From: Carcharhinus amblyrhynchos
Lineage: Eukaryota
Assembly (NCBI GenBank): GCA_965287045.1
Contig: OZ336900.1
Location: 20,398,001 to 20,462,000 of the forward strand
Length of the DNA stretch: 64,000 bases
Direction: 5' to 3'
Part shown: in pieces, positions 1-12,800 of the stretch
How positions within the stretch are numbered: position 1 is the stretch's first letter
How the letters are laid out: every line of letters begins with the position of its first letter
The notes under the pieces: generated by a model
Told to the model about the DNA's origin: nothing
Seen by the model: only the letters and a program-made list of their open reading frames with translations
Databases searched by the model: none
Position numbers and translations under genes: made by a program

Positions 1-534
1 AGGGCAAAGAGGCACAGTGGCGGGATGAGCAGAATTTAAGGTGGAAAACCTAGATTTTGATGCAGTAGCAGGCTGCAGGAGTTGATAAGTCCAATTCCCA
101 TCTCTGGGTGTTTTTTGTCTAAGGGAAAGAGAGCACGATGGCAATGGAGCTTCATGGGCTAGATGGAAGCATTCCTGTTCCTGTTCAGATCCAGCCCTGT
201 CAAATCCACAGACCGATAATGGCCATCCAGGAAGGGGCCAGAGCATCGACTGCATTCACAAGACAAGAGTCAGTATCTTCAGTGGAGGGTAAGAGAAAAG
301 TAGAGAAAGTGGGAAAGCCAATACAGCTAAAAGCTTACTTTTGTAAACAAACCCTTTAATTGTATTTGAAGAAATGAAATATGCTGATAGGTTGGAAAAA
401 TCACATTGAAATTAATTGTGTTATACAGAGTACAATGGAGCGCACACAATGAGTTCAACAGAGAACACTGGGCACACAGCACACTGGAGCCACAGGGTAC
501 ATGGGGCACAAAGGTCATTGGACACGCAGGGTAC

Positions 535-1032
535 TACTGTGTGTTAACATTTTGTGTGTTAGCGTGCTGTGTGTTAGGGTGGTATGTGTCAGAGTGCTTT
601 GTGTTATGGTGTGCGTGTTAGAGTGCTGTGTTTTAGGGTGGTGTGTGTTAGAGTGCTGTGGGTTAGAGTGTTGTGTGTTAGGATATATGTTAGGGTAGTT
701 TATGTTAGGGTGGTGTGTCTTAGGGTAGTGTATGTTACGTCGTGCGTTATAGTGGTGTGTGTGCTCGGATGTGTGTGTTAAAAGTGTTAGGATGGTGCAT
801 GTTAGGATACTGTGTGTTAGGGTGTGCATGTTAGAGTGTGTGTGAGGGTGGTGTGTGTTAGAGTGGTGGGTGTTAGAATGGTGTGTGTGTTAGGGCGATG
901 TGTGTTAGGGTGGTGTGTGTTAGGGTGCATGTTAGAGTGGTGTGCATGTCAGGGTGATGTGTGTTAGGGCGGTGTATGTTAGAGTGTGTATGTTAGAGTG
1001 GTGCGTTGTAGAATGTGTGTTAGGGTGATGTA
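535..1032 (+). repeat. degenerate GT-rich minisatellite (~15-17 bp unit GTGTGTTAGGGTGGT) containing TTAGGG/TTAGAG
   Basis: visible periodicity. Confidence 0.9.
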
Positions 1033-1709
1033 TGTCTCCGGGACACTGAGAGTCTGAGTCTCTGGGACACTGAGGGACTGAATCTCCTGGAAGGACTGAG
1101 TCCTGGACAACACAGCCAGACAGATGGGGGAAGGGACTTGAGAGACAGGAACAGCACTGGGCTTCATGAATGGAGATTCTAATATCCCGACAGGCAGAGA
1201 TACTGTTTCAATCGGGAAGTCTCCATTCATTCTCTGATGTATGGCAGCGTCTCCCCAGCCAGGAAAAGCCAGACCTGCTAATTATTTGAAATTCCATCCT
1301 GTGCACAGCCATTTAAAAAGAGGCGTTGCCCCCAACACCCTGAGAGAAGCCGGAGCTGTTCCGCGGCGGCTGGAGGTTTGTTTTTAAGCAATATTACTGA
1401 AACAAAAAGCCACTGAGACGATCCATTAGTGAAAGCAACAGGCCTTGTACCTGCTGCTGGCATCCCCGCACACACACACACCCTCAACAAGCTGCAGCTC
1501 TGGTCAAAACAAGAATTAATTATTGTGATTATTGCACTGTTTACAAAGCTAAGATCTAGCAGAGGGAATCATACAACAGCTAAAAATACTTAGCCATTCT
1601 CCGGTGCCCCACTGACAGCCTCTCAACAATAACAGAATAATTAATAATAATACAAAATCATCAACAGTTCAGCGGCTACCTGTACATTCTGCAATGTAAC
1701 AGCACTCAC

Positions 1710-2000
1710 CGTCTAAGGAGCCAGGGAGATCCAGGGTTTATCCACACCTTAAATTAAATAATAGTAAAAAAAAACAAAAAAAATCCCCTTGGCAATTGTT
1801 ATGACTGTCTGTATGTCTGTTGAATGTTTTAGCAATGAGAAGTTTGCCAGACAGCAGCAGAGGAGCTCTCCGTCTTCCTCCCTGATGCAGGCGAAATGGA
1901 GAGAGAACGAGAATAAATCTGTGTTTCATCCGATTAAGGAGGATAGTGCCACCACGCTCCTCACACACTGCTGCTCTGATCTGTGCCAGGAGCTCAGAGC
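1710..2000 (-). other. putative non-coding first exon of a minus-strand gene that leaves the window to the left
   Basis: consensus donor ACG|GTGAGT at 1710/1709 inside a repeat-free block; no acceptor or coding homology recognised; 5' limit is a guess. Confidence 0.4.
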
Positions 2001-2360
2001 CAAGCGGGGTGGGCTGCCTCCCCTTTTCATTTGACTTTCACCTCCCTCCCCACCCGCGAAGTGATTCATGTCTACTGGTTCTCTGCCACCCCTTCCCCAA
2101 GCCTCTCGTGTGCCTGTCTTTGCGAGTCTCTGCCCCACTGCCTCCCGAACCCTGGAACCAGCAGCCTTACATGTATTTAATCTGCTGGCTGTGTTGCCTG
2201 CAGTGAAATGGCCGCAATGGAGATTGATGTTGCCACTTTGGGGCGAGCTAGTTGGGGAATTGCCCTGATTGTGCCTGTCGCAGAGGCACTTTTAAATCCT
2301 ATTGTCATGGCCAGTCAGAACATTTATGGTGCGAGACGCCAAAAGTGGAAGCAAAGATGA
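1990..2360 (-). promoter_or_regulatory. candidate promoter
   Basis: repeat-free and relatively GC/CpG-rich; GCGGGGTGGGC and CCTCCCCACCCGC (GC/CACCC-box-like) immediately upstream of the putative first exon. Confidence 0.3.
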
Positions 2361-2415
2361 GATGAATCATTTTTACATAGAAAACTTTGAATTCAGCTAA
2401 GACCCCATCACTCAG

Positions 2416-2626
2416 TCCACCTAACCTGCACATCGTTGGACACTAAGGGGCAACTTAGCATGGCCAATCCACCTAACCTGCACATCTTTGGACACTAAGG
2501 GGCAATTTAGCATGGCCAATCCACCTAACCTGCACATCTTTGGACACTAAGGGGCAATTTAGCATGGCCAATCCACCTAACTCATATGTCTTTGGACTGT
2601 GAGAAGAAACTGGAGCACCCAGAGGA
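2416..2626 (-). mobile_element. HE1/V-SINE fragment with an internal 52-bp tandem triplication
   Basis: tccacctaacctgcacatctttggacactaaggggcaatttagcatggccaa repeated at 2416, 2468, 2520, with a partial copy at 2572. Confidence 0.85.
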
Positions 2627-3002
2627 TTCTGGCTCAGCAATGATCATGGAGTGGTGATATTTAAGTTCAAATTGGGTCGATGGGGAACTGGAGCTGCGTC
2701 TGCTGCCTCCAAGGTGGTGGAAGTCGCAGATTTGGGAAGTGCTGCCGAGGAAGCCTTGGTGACTTGCTATACCTGGTACACACTGGAATCACAATATTGT
2801 TGGTATCGAAGCCTATTACAAAAATGCCAGACATTTGAACCAACCATCCAACTGGCTGGCTCCCTTCAATGATTGTAGGCAGAACTATCAGTCACAGCAG
2901 AATCAGATAGCGGGGAGTACCTTCTACAGCAGCATCTCAGTGCAGGACCACCTCCATCACAAAAATCCCCCACTGACATCCACTCACTACCACCCCACTG
3001 AG

Positions 3003-3348
3003 GGGAGGCAATGGCCTAGTGGTCTTATCACTAGACTATTAATTTAGAAACTCAGCTAATGTTCTAGGGACCCAGGTTCGAATCCTGCCACGGCAGATGG
3101 TGGAATTTGAATTTCATTTAAAGGAATCCACTGATGATCATGAAACCATTGCCGATGGCCAGCAAAACCCATCTGGTTCACAAATGTCCTTTAGGGAAGG
3201 AAATCTGCTGTCCTGACCTGATCTGGCCTAGATGTGACTCCACAGCCACAGCAATGTGGTTCACTCTCAACTGCCCTTGGACAACTACAGGCGGGCAATA
3301 AATGCTGGCCCAGCCAGTGATGCCCAAGACCCACAAATGAATAAAAAA
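3003..3348 (+). mobile_element. tRNA-headed shark SINE with L2-like tail; related copies at ~5535-5770, 28870-29147, 29925-30430, 45060-45215
   Basis: A-box TGGCCTAGTGG, B-box GGTTCGAATCC, tail gggcaataaatgctggcc...atgaataaaaaa. Confidence 0.75.
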
Positions 3349-4659
3349 TCCAAAATGATACATTAGAGCCATGAAAAGCAGCAATTTTTAAGCGGACCAT
3401 TTCCATGCTAAAATAATTCAGTTGATGTTTGTTTATCACTGATAATAGGCAGCAATTGTTGTAATGCCTCCATTGGCTGCCACTCTCAAGGCTCACTAAG
3501 AAACATAAGTCACTTGGGCACAGCTTTGGGATTTAGTGATGAAGATTGTCAGAGAATACAGCAGGGCAGAGATAGGCTGGAAAGTTGGATGGAGAAAGGC
3601 AGATGGAATTTAATCTGGATAAATGTGAGGTGATGTATTTTGGTAGATCTAATTCAGCTGGGAGTGATAAAGTAAATGGCAGAACCATCAGGAGTGTAGG
3701 TCCACAGATTCTTAAAAGTGACAGCGCGGTGGAAAAGGTGCCGGGGCATCGAGTATAAAAGCTGGCAAACAATGTCACAGTTATAAAAAATGTTGGTCAT
3801 GACCAAAACTGCAGCCAGAAAAAGCAGGACAATTTCTCCAGGCAAAAGCAGTCAGTGGAGGAGTTTGACTTTAAGAACTAGGATCAGGAATATGTCACAC
3901 AGTCCCTGAAACCTGCTCTGCCATTCAATATGATCATGGCTCAATTTCTACATTTAATCCAATTTCCTGCCCTATCTCCATATTTCTGGACTCCCTGTGA
4001 ACCCAAAAATCTATCAGTCCCAATCTTGAACATACACATTGATTGCACTTTTTGGATTTACAGCATTCTGAATGAAGCCAATTCCCTTATCCTGAGATGG
4101 TGATACTTAGACTCTTCAGTCAGGGGAAATAGCCACACAACAGGTCCTCCTCCTCCCTGTTCCATTCATGTATTGTTAAACATGTTTCTGACCAGGTACA
4201 GACTCTGCAGGAAGCTGAACTCTTCCCAGTACCCAATGAGAACCCACTCAGTTTGTTTACTTTCAGATAGTCTGTGAATTCACTTATGTACAAGCCTCCT
4301 GTTCTCTTTGGGTTCTGGAGGAGGAATGTTGATAGTATTTCATCGTTAATAATGATTAATTATCTATTAATTACTGATTATATTAATAGTTATTACTGTT
4401 TCTGCTGCTGTTGGCCCGTGTTATTAACACAGCGGGGCTCAACAACATTTGCAATGTGGAATTGTGACATAATAACTCACAACAGGGAATCAACGATTTA
4501 TGGTAAGGAAGGGGTTAATGACTATAATTAAGGTTTCTGAAGTGTTATGCTGATTACCGGAAAACCTTATTACTGTTGTCACTTTGGAATTGTCCCCCTT
4601 GGAGCAAAGGAGTTTGAGGGGAGATGTGAAAGAGGTGTAGGAGATTATCACAGGCTTAG

Positions 4660-4945
4660 ATTGGCACAGTGGTTAGCACAGCCACCTGACAGTGCCAGGG
4701 ACCTGGGTTCGATTCCTGGCTTGGGTCACTGTCTGAGGAGTCTGCACATTCTCCTGTGTAGGTTTTTCCAGGTGCTCCGGTTTGCCCCTACAGTCCGAAA
4801 GATGGGCTGGTTAGGTGCATTGGCCATGCTAAATTCTACCTCAGTGTACCCGGACAGGCACCAATATGTGCTGACTAGGGGATTTTCACAGTAACTTCAT
4901 TGCAGTGTTAATGTAAGCCTACTTGTAATACCACTAAACAAATAA
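4660..4945 (+). mobile_element. V-SINE, alternative-tail subfamily, inserted in a CR1 fragment
   Basis: tggcacagtggttagc head, V-domain, tail gcagtgttaatgtaagcctacttg; CR1 sequence on both sides. Confidence 0.8.
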
Positions 4946-5777
4946 GGTAGACAAACTGTTCCCATTAGCTCATGGACTGGGGGGACACAGATTTAAGGTT
5001 TTCTGGCTGTGGTCCCCTTTTTGACCATTCAGTCACAGTATGAGAAGATGCTCCCAGTTTCCTGGCAGCCATTCACTGCTAGACATAATGCAGTATATCC
5101 AGGCTGAACGGTTATAACTCCTTCAAAAAAATCCCAATAAATAAGACAAGGTAGAATCATCTAAATCTTCCAAGAGTTTTGAGGAACTAGTTTAAGTAAG
5201 GATTAAGCTATTGAGTTGGATGATCAGCCATGATCAAAATGAATGGTGGAGCAAGCTCGAAGGGCTGAATGGCCTCCTTTAGCTCCTATCTTCTATGTTT
5301 TCATGCAACAAAAAACAATGTCTTGTGCTGAATTGGTTTTCTTAAGCATCAGTGGTGCTCACATTACCCTATAGTTAACATAACAAATCAAAGAACCTTA
5401 ATACAAGCTAACATTAACTCCTTATCTACCTTAAATCATTCATTTCCTGTTGTGGATGTTGATTTTGTTATAAATCCATGTCACAAACTGGAGATTGTTT
5501 GAGGACCAACACTTTATCTTTTGATTGGGGTTGATGGTGGCATGGTGATAATGTCACTGGTCTGGTAATCCAGTATGCCCAGGCTAATGCTGTAGGGGAC
5601 ACAGGTTCAAATCCCACTAGGGCAGCTGGTAGAATTCAATTCATTCAGTTCTGGAATTGAAAAGAAGTCTCTTTGATTTGCCATTAAAATTTGGGTCACT
5701 CACTAATGCTTTTTAGATATGGAAATCAGCCATTCTTACTTGGTCTGGCCTACATGTGACTCTAGTCTACTGGTCAA

Positions 5778-6090
5778 AGTGGCACAGTCGTTAGCATTGC
5801 TGCCTCACAGCGACAGGGACCTGGATTTGATTCAGCCTTGGGTGACTGTGCGGTGTCTGTAATTCCCCCCATGTCTGTGTGGGTTTCCTCTGGGTGCTCT
5901 AGTTTCCTCTCATAGTCCAAAGATGTACAGATTTAGGTGGATTGGCTAATTTGTCCCTTAGTGTCGCAAGATATGCGGATTTGGGGCACTAGCCATGGTA
6001 ACTACTTGGGCTATGGGGATAAGGCAGAGAGGAGGGCCTCTTTCAGAGAGTCAGTGCAGACCTGATGAGCTGAATATCCTCTTTCTGCAC
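5778..6090 (+). mobile_element. HE1-type V-SINE
   Basis: tRNA-like head, V-domain (gtgggtttcctctgggtgctc), CR1-like tail. Confidence 0.8.
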
Positions 6091-6189
6091 TATTATTACC
6101 CCAATTTTAGAATTCTGCACCCGGTTTACTAATTATTCCACAGTTTCACCCCTGCCTATAAAACACTGTTACCCCCTCCCCTCTGTCTT

Positions 6190-6463
6190 GGCGTCATGGT
6201 GGCACAGTGGTTAGCACTGTTGCCTCACAACATCAGGAACCCAGGTTCAATTCCGGCCTTGGGTAACTCTGTGTGGAATCTGCACATTTTCCCCGTGTCT
6301 GCATGGGTTTCCTCCCACAGTCCAAAGATGTACTGGTTAGGTGCATTGGCCATGCTCAGCGTACCTGAACAGGTGCTGGAGTGAGGTGACTAGGGGATTT
6401 TCACAGTAGCTTTATTGCAGTGTAAATGCAAGCCTACTTTGACATTAATAAATAAACTTTAAA
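6190..6463 (+). mobile_element. V-SINE, alternative tail
   Basis: same head; ends taataaataaactttaaa. Confidence 0.8.
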
Positions 6464-7314
6464 ACCTTAGGTTCCAATAGAAGACTTCCAACTTGAGATA
6501 TGTGAGAATCTCATTGCGGGTAAAAGAGGAGGTTTACTGTTGCCTTCACCTGCCCCTTAGAAACTCAATGGACTCCCAGATCCAGTGGACACAAGCAACA
6601 TTGCAAGGCCATTCACCCAATCTTTCAGAGATGGTGCATTGCTCACCTGGAGCTGCCTGGAGTTCCAAACCTTCTCCTTCTGACTCAGAAGCGAGGCTGT
6701 CAACCCAGCCACTGATCAGATTAACAACTAATCACTTCAGAAAAACTGAAGTGGAAACATCTAACACCTGTTGCAGAATAGGGTAATGAACCTATCCTGT
6801 TAGAAAGCAGGATAGTAAAACGTGGTTACCACATGTAAAGTTAAAACGTGTTTAAAATATCAGATAAAGTTTAGCCTATCTGAGGCTCAAACACTCATCA
6901 ATATATCACTCTCTCTTCAGGTACCAGGCTCTGAAAGGTTACTGGTGACCATAGACTTCTGCGATGATCCATGATGATGCTTAATAAAGTACTGCAGTGG
7001 CTGACAAGGAAACTCCCCCGCTCTTACTGCCTGCCATCAGGCACATTGGGAGGATTTACAAGCTGATAATCAACCACATTATGAATGCACAGTCCATGCC
7101 CATTGACTCCTAGTGAGGACTTGAACCCTGAGCTTAGATGTAGGGGCATTATAACTGGGCCACAAGACCTCCTCCACCACCACCACCAACACCACCCCCC
7201 CACAACATGTATTGCATTTTGGAAGGTAAAGATGCCTGGACTTGCTTGATTTTAAGTCAGAGAACTGAGTGGCCGCAGTTGTTTTCGAAGGTAATTTCCA
7301 TGTCTCTGGGATCA

Positions 7315-7654
7315 GGGCGGCACGGTAGCACAGTGGTTAGCACTGCTGCTTCACAGCTCCAGGGACCTGGGTTCGATCCCTGGCTTGGGTCACTGTCTGT
7401 GTGGAGTTTGCACATTCTCCTCGTGTCTGTGTGGGTTTCCTCCGGGTGCTCTGGTTTCCTTCCACGGTCCAAAGGTGTGCGGGTTAGGTTGATTGGCCAT
7501 GTTAAATTGACCCTAGTGTCCTGAGATGAGTAGGTAAGGGGGAATTAGTGGGTAAAATATGTAGGGATATGGGGGGTAGGGCCCGAGTGGGATTGTGTTC
7601 AGTGCAGACTCAATGGGCCGAATGGCCTCTCTCTGTACTGTGGGGTTTCTATGA
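7315..7654 (+). mobile_element. near full-length HE1 SINE
   Basis: gggcggcacggtagcacagtggttagcactgctgc...gggttcgatccc...gggccgaatggcc...ttctatga. Confidence 0.88.
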
Positions 7655-8219
7655 TCAAAGTAAAACACACAAAGATCCTGATACAAGACAATTCAAGGAT
7701 ATGATTTGCAGAAAATCCAATTTGAAGCGAGATCAATCACTTAAAATTTAATTGTCAAATTAGTGGCAGAGATGTTATCAAATACAAATGCCTGCAGCTT
7801 ATTTTAATAGTTTTGTATTTCTTAAGAATACTCTTTCATTATAATTATTCAATGCATTCGTAGTATAGTCGCTTAAACTAGCGACGATAAAAATTGGGCA
7901 GATTTTCGCCCCTTCACAGATAACATGTCCCAAAGATGAAAATCTTTCCATAGTTTTCAGCTGTACTCCCTCTCCATTTCCAAGCTGTATTCACAGCGAG
8001 AGTTAGGCCTGTACATGGAGCTCAGGCACCCGTGGCCTGCCTGCCCGCTGATTCATTGCCGTGTCCGTTACTCAGAATGTGCTCAGGCCACACACACTGT
8101 GGGGGTGCAGCCTGACATTTACACACTTTTCAGAAATGAAGAGTATTGGGCAGTAAATAAAGAGGAAAGTGGAAGACAAATGTAAACACGCAATGTTTGG
8201 CAAATATTGAAACGACAAC

Positions 8220-8840
8220 AGAAACGTTCAAAATTGTGAGGGGTGTGGGTGGGATAGACTGGGAGAAACTGTTCCTACTTGTGAGAAGATTGAGAACAAG
8301 AGGGTACAGATTTAAAGTAATTAATAAAATAAACAATAGTGATATTTTCCCAGTGTCTGTGTGGGTTTCCTCTGGGTGCTCCAGTTTCCTCCCACAATCC
8401 TTAGATCAGAAGGTGAGGTGAATTGGCCATATTAAATTGCCCATTAGTGTCTCAAGATGTGCAGGTTAGGGGAATTAGCCATGGTAAATGTATGGGGTTA
8501 TGGGGATAGGGTGGGGGAGAAAGGGCCTGGGTAAGATACTCTGTCAGAGAATCAGTGCAAACTCAGTGGGCCGAATGGCCTTCTGCACTGTAGGGATTCT
8601 ATGTTATGAGGAAAAGCTTTTTGACATAGCAAGTGGTTAGGGTCTGGAATGATCTGCTTGGGAGTCTGCTGGAGACAGGTTCAGTCGAAGCATCCAAAAC
8701 GGAATTAGACTTACCCAGAAAGGAAGAACAGGCAGGGTTGCAGGTGAGAGAATGAAACTAAGCGATATGCTCATTTGGGGAGCCAGTACAGATATAGTGG
8801 ACCAAATAGCCTCCTGCTGCACTGTAACAATTCTGTTGTT
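8220..8840 (+). mobile_element. CR1 3' fragment interrupted by an HE1 SINE (8345-8603)
   Basis: FKIVRG..IDWEKLF..RTRGYRFK CR1 ORF2 C-terminus; CR1 resumes after the SINE. Confidence 0.75.
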
Positions 8841-9344
8841 GACTCTGTGAAGCCCTGGAACACACAAGAATAACCTCTGCAGCTTTTCATTTTCAATCAC
8901 TGACTGATTGGTATCCTGATAACATTGAGTTCATTGAACTCATGCCCCCCCAGAGTATTATCCAGGGTCTCCAGTGACATTACTGTGACATTACTATTTT
9001 CTGCATTTGTATCACCCGTGTTTAACACCTCCAATCCTTATTTCTGCATTTTCTCTATAATTGCAGCTTAGATCACGTCATCCAGATGCAATCACAGCTG
9101 CTGCGCAACTTGGAGATGAGAAACCTGCAAGTTAAAATTAATTGGTTTAACTGAGTTCTGATCACTATTCTGATCCATTGAGTTGACCTCTGTGTTTCGA
9201 CCCACAATTCCAAACTCAGCTCAGAAGTGGCCTTCAGATTACAAATGCAGCCACTGACACACCAACGTGAAAATCAGTGTACAACTCCGAGAAAAAGCAT
9301 CAAAATGCAATGAGTGGCTGAGCCTTGTGGAACAGAAAGGGGTC

Positions 9345-9567
9345 TTTGATTTGATATTTTATTGTCGCATGTATTGGGACACAGTGAAAAGTATTGTTTC
9401 TTGCGCATTGTACAGATAAAACATACTGTTCATAGAGTACGTATGGGAGAAGGAAAGGAGAGGCTACAGAATGTAGTGTTACAGTCATAGCTAGGGTATA
9501 GAGAAAGATCAACTTAATATACGGTAGACCCATTAAAAAGACTGATGGCAGCAGGGAAGAAGCTGTC
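9345..9567 (-). mobile_element. Rex1/Babar-type LINE 3' end
   Basis: reverse strand encodes SFFPAAI; 3' UTR homologous to the copy at 36085-36372. Confidence 0.65.
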
Positions 9568-9616
9568 CTAACTTGCTAAGCAACTAACGCACAAGATTGG
9601 GTGAAAGGACAGTTCT

Positions 9617-9880
9617 CATAGAATCCCTACAGTGAGTCTATTGAGTGTCACCAACTGCAATCCCGTCCAGGCTCTATCCCCATAACCCCATTTACCTTAG
9701 CTAGTCCCTCTGACACTAAGGGGCAATTTAACATAGCCAATCCACCTAACCCGTGCATCTTTGGACTGTGGGAGGAAACCGGAGTATTCAGTGGAAACCC
9801 AAGCAGAGACAGGGAGAATGTGCAAACTCCACACAGGCAGTGACCCAAGCTGGGAATTGAACCCAAGTCCCTGGTGTGTG
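9617..9880 (-). mobile_element. HE1 SINE
   Basis: reverse complement of the HE1 body and tail (catagaatccctacagtg). Confidence 0.8.
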
Positions 9881-10307
9881 AGCCATCATACACAGGGCCT
9901 CCAGAGTCTGTTTCCGTGCCGTATATCTCCATGACTCTATCATCCCACCTGGAATAATGTTCATCTGCACTGACTTCAATGGAGGGTACAATCAGTGGGA
10001 AAAAGCCAGCCAGCCACTATACATGAACAGACCAACCTCCTGTCAGGCGGGTTAGGTTAAAACTGTCGCTGGAGAATCTATGCTTGAGTCCCTGCCCTGC
10101 TCTGGGTTTGCTGGTCTAAACTGGGAAAGTGGTACCGAGTGCTACAATAGGCTTCTTTGGCCCTGGATTGGGCATATCCGCTAAGATTCTCAATTTGTAA
10201 ATTGTTATCTGGGAAGTGAGAGTTCTGTGAGCAGAAGGTGTCATGATGCCACCTTGTGGTCAAACACTCCTCCAGCAGCCACTATCGAGGGCTGACAAAT
10301 TAACATT

Positions 10308-10480
10308 AAGAAGTCTCATGACACCAGGTTAAAGTCCAACAGGTTTATTTGGAATCACGAGTTTTCGGAGGGCTGCTCCTTCATCAGGTGAGTGATTCCA
10401 AAATAAACCTGTTGGACTTTAACCCGGTGATGTGAGACTTCTTACTGTGTCACCTCAGTCCAATGCCTTCATCTCCACAT
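10308..10480. mobile_element. Penelope-like terminal fragment, self-inverted, with TSD
   Basis: inverted arms aagaagtctca...ggaatcac / gtgattcc...gagacttctt; flanked by caaattaacatt at 10296-10307 and 10481-10492; degenerate hammerhead core on the minus strand. Confidence 0.8.
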
Positions 10481-11132
10481 CAAATTAACATTCGGCACTT
10501 GGGTGAGATATTGGTGTGAGCTGGCACTTGTACAGTTGCACACAGTGATATGCTGGCAGAAGAGGGGACAAAATGGAAATTAGCAGCTGACAGTTCAAAA
10601 AGATGAATAAATCAGCAAATAAAACGAATAATGAATGAGCCAGTGAAATTCAGATGAAAAAAGAAAGGGAATATTCCTTGTACACCGTTAAACTGTGAAA
10701 TGTGCCGTAAAATTAGCAGAAACAAGAAAACGGTATATTGGCATTAAAGATTGACAAATCCCCAGCATCTGATAGTTTCCAACCCAGGGTTTCACAGCAG
10801 CTAAGCACAAAAATCAAAACAATTACATGAGGTTTGTGGTGTTCAGAGGACATAGTAATACTGGGTGATAGGAGTTGCTGCTGATTTCACAGCAGCCGAA
10901 CAGCAGCATCCAAAATGAACAAACAGAAATGATTAATGAAGCAGCCCCTGGTAAGTTTCTGAAATATCATACATCTTCATTGACTGCCGTGCAGAATTAA
11001 ATAAATCAACTGGCCCCTATAAGCAGAAAATGCCTTCCTCAGGATCTGCTCTTTAATCTGATTAGAGTTTTGATTTTGCTAGAATTAATTTTCTTTTAAT
11101 TCATCCAAAATAAATAATAAAATAAAAACTCT

Positions 11133-11492
11133 TCATAGAATCCCTACAGTGCAGAAGGAGATCATTCAGTCCATTGAGTCAGCACCAACTCTCCAACAGA
11201 GCATCCCTATCCCTGTCACCCCACCTACTTACCCTACTAATCTACACATCTGGAGACACTATGGGATAATTTACCATGGTCAATCCACCTAATCTACACA
11301 TCTTAAAATACTAAGGGCTAATTTAAAATGGTCAATCCACCCAACCTGCATATCTTTGGACTGTGGGACGAAACCAGAGACTCCAGAGAAAACCCATGCA
11401 GACACAGGGAGAATGTGCAGACTCTGTACAGACAGTCACCCAAGGCTGGAATTGAACTTGGGTTCATGGCACTGTGAGGCAACAGTGCTGCC
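11133..11492 (-). mobile_element. HE1 SINE with internal duplication
   Basis: HE1 tail and head in reverse; duplicated aatccacc...cacatc segment. Confidence 0.8.
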
Positions 11493-12002
11493 CTTGAGAA
11501 GGATCGATCCATGAAAATTTCAGATATGCATTAACAGGTTTTCATTCATGGGTGTCAGAAGTTTGGCTTTTATCTGTTGTTTCAGTGAAATCTTTAACCA
11601 AAATGTTATGTGATGTGGATAGATTAATTTGTACCTCACACCTCCGCTTAAAACATCTTGTTCAATAAATTATCTACCACTCACATATTGTTTATAATCA
11701 GATACAAACTTTAGCCAAGTCTGAATTCTCCCCATACACCGAGAGAAAGTTTGTTTGATTTCAGGTATTCTATGGATACATTCACCACTCAGGCTGGTGG
11801 AGTGGGTGACTGGGAGGGAGGGTTGAAGCTGGATAGTATTTTGTGGTTAAAAATTAACTTGTTGCTGCTGCTCCTGCTATTCTCTGGCTCAACACATTTT
11901 GGATAGAAGTGATGACAAATAGCCCACAGCTGGACTCAACAGACAGTTTCAACAATCTCTATTTTGTGACATGAGATAGTCATATGATAATTGATACTTA
12001 TG

Positions 12003-12303
12003 GGTGGCATAGTAGTACAGTGGTTAGCACTGCTGCATCGCAGTGCCAGGAACCCGGTTCGATTCCCAGCTTGGGTCACTGTGTGCATGTTCTCCCTGTG
12101 TATACATGGGTTTCCTCCAAGTGCTCTGGTTTCCTTCCACAGTGCCAAAGACGAGCTGGTTAGGTGCATTGGTCATGCTAAATTCTCCCTCAATGTACCC
12201 AGACAGGTGATGGACTGTGGCAACGAGGGGATTTTCCCAGTAACTTCATTGCAGTGTTAATGTAAGCCTACTTGTGACACTAATAAATAAATAAACTTTA
12301 ACT
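12003..12303 (+). mobile_element. V-SINE, alternative tail
   Basis: full head to taataaataaataaactttaa. Confidence 0.82.
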
Positions 12304-12379
12304 TTATTCCTCATCCACAAGATGGATCAGGAGTTAACATTGAGTGCAGTTAAGGTTCCTGGAATTTTTATGCTACGTA

Positions 12380-12800
12380 TTGAAGAATCTTCTGGCCTGG
12401 ATGGATTACATGTGTGAATTTAAAAGTATCTAGAGAAGAGGTCGCATTTTTAATAATTCATTGCAGAAACAAGTAGGTAGAAGACTGGCAGATAGCTCAT
12501 GTTATCCTCCTGTTTAAGAAGGGAGGTATAACATGTCCATGGAACAATATGCCAGTCAACTTAACATTACTGGGAGGAAATACAAGTAGCAAAATGGATA
12601 GCTAGCTGGCTTCAAGATGGAAAGGAGAAGGAAAACATGAAGGATTGCTGTTCAGTGCGGCAGAAGTTAGGAAGTGGTGTCCCATAAGGATCAATGCTGA
12701 GACCATTGCTGTTCACTATCCGAATGACTCGGACTTAGGAATTAAAAGCACAAATTTGCAGACAGTACTAAATTGGTGGATGGTTGAAACTGAGGAGGGA
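12380..12800 (+). mobile_element. old CR1 RT fragments
   Basis: decayed motifs EDWQIAHV.LLFKKG, SGVP.GS.L.PLLF, KFAD.TK. Confidence 0.65.

Noticed and set aside
406-829. Cys/Val- or Thr/His-rich ORFs
   Set aside because: Translations of the GT-rich minisatellite.
2416-2597. CRISPR-like array of direct repeats
   Set aside because: Contiguous 52-bp units with no spacers, internal to a SINE, in a vertebrate genome.
7315-7390. tRNA genes (here and at other SINE heads)
   Set aside because: A/B boxes run straight into SINE bodies; these are tRNA-derived SINE heads.
11991-12260. Recurrent ORFs with QWLALL motifs suggesting a gene family
   Set aside because: All are translations of V-SINE copies.
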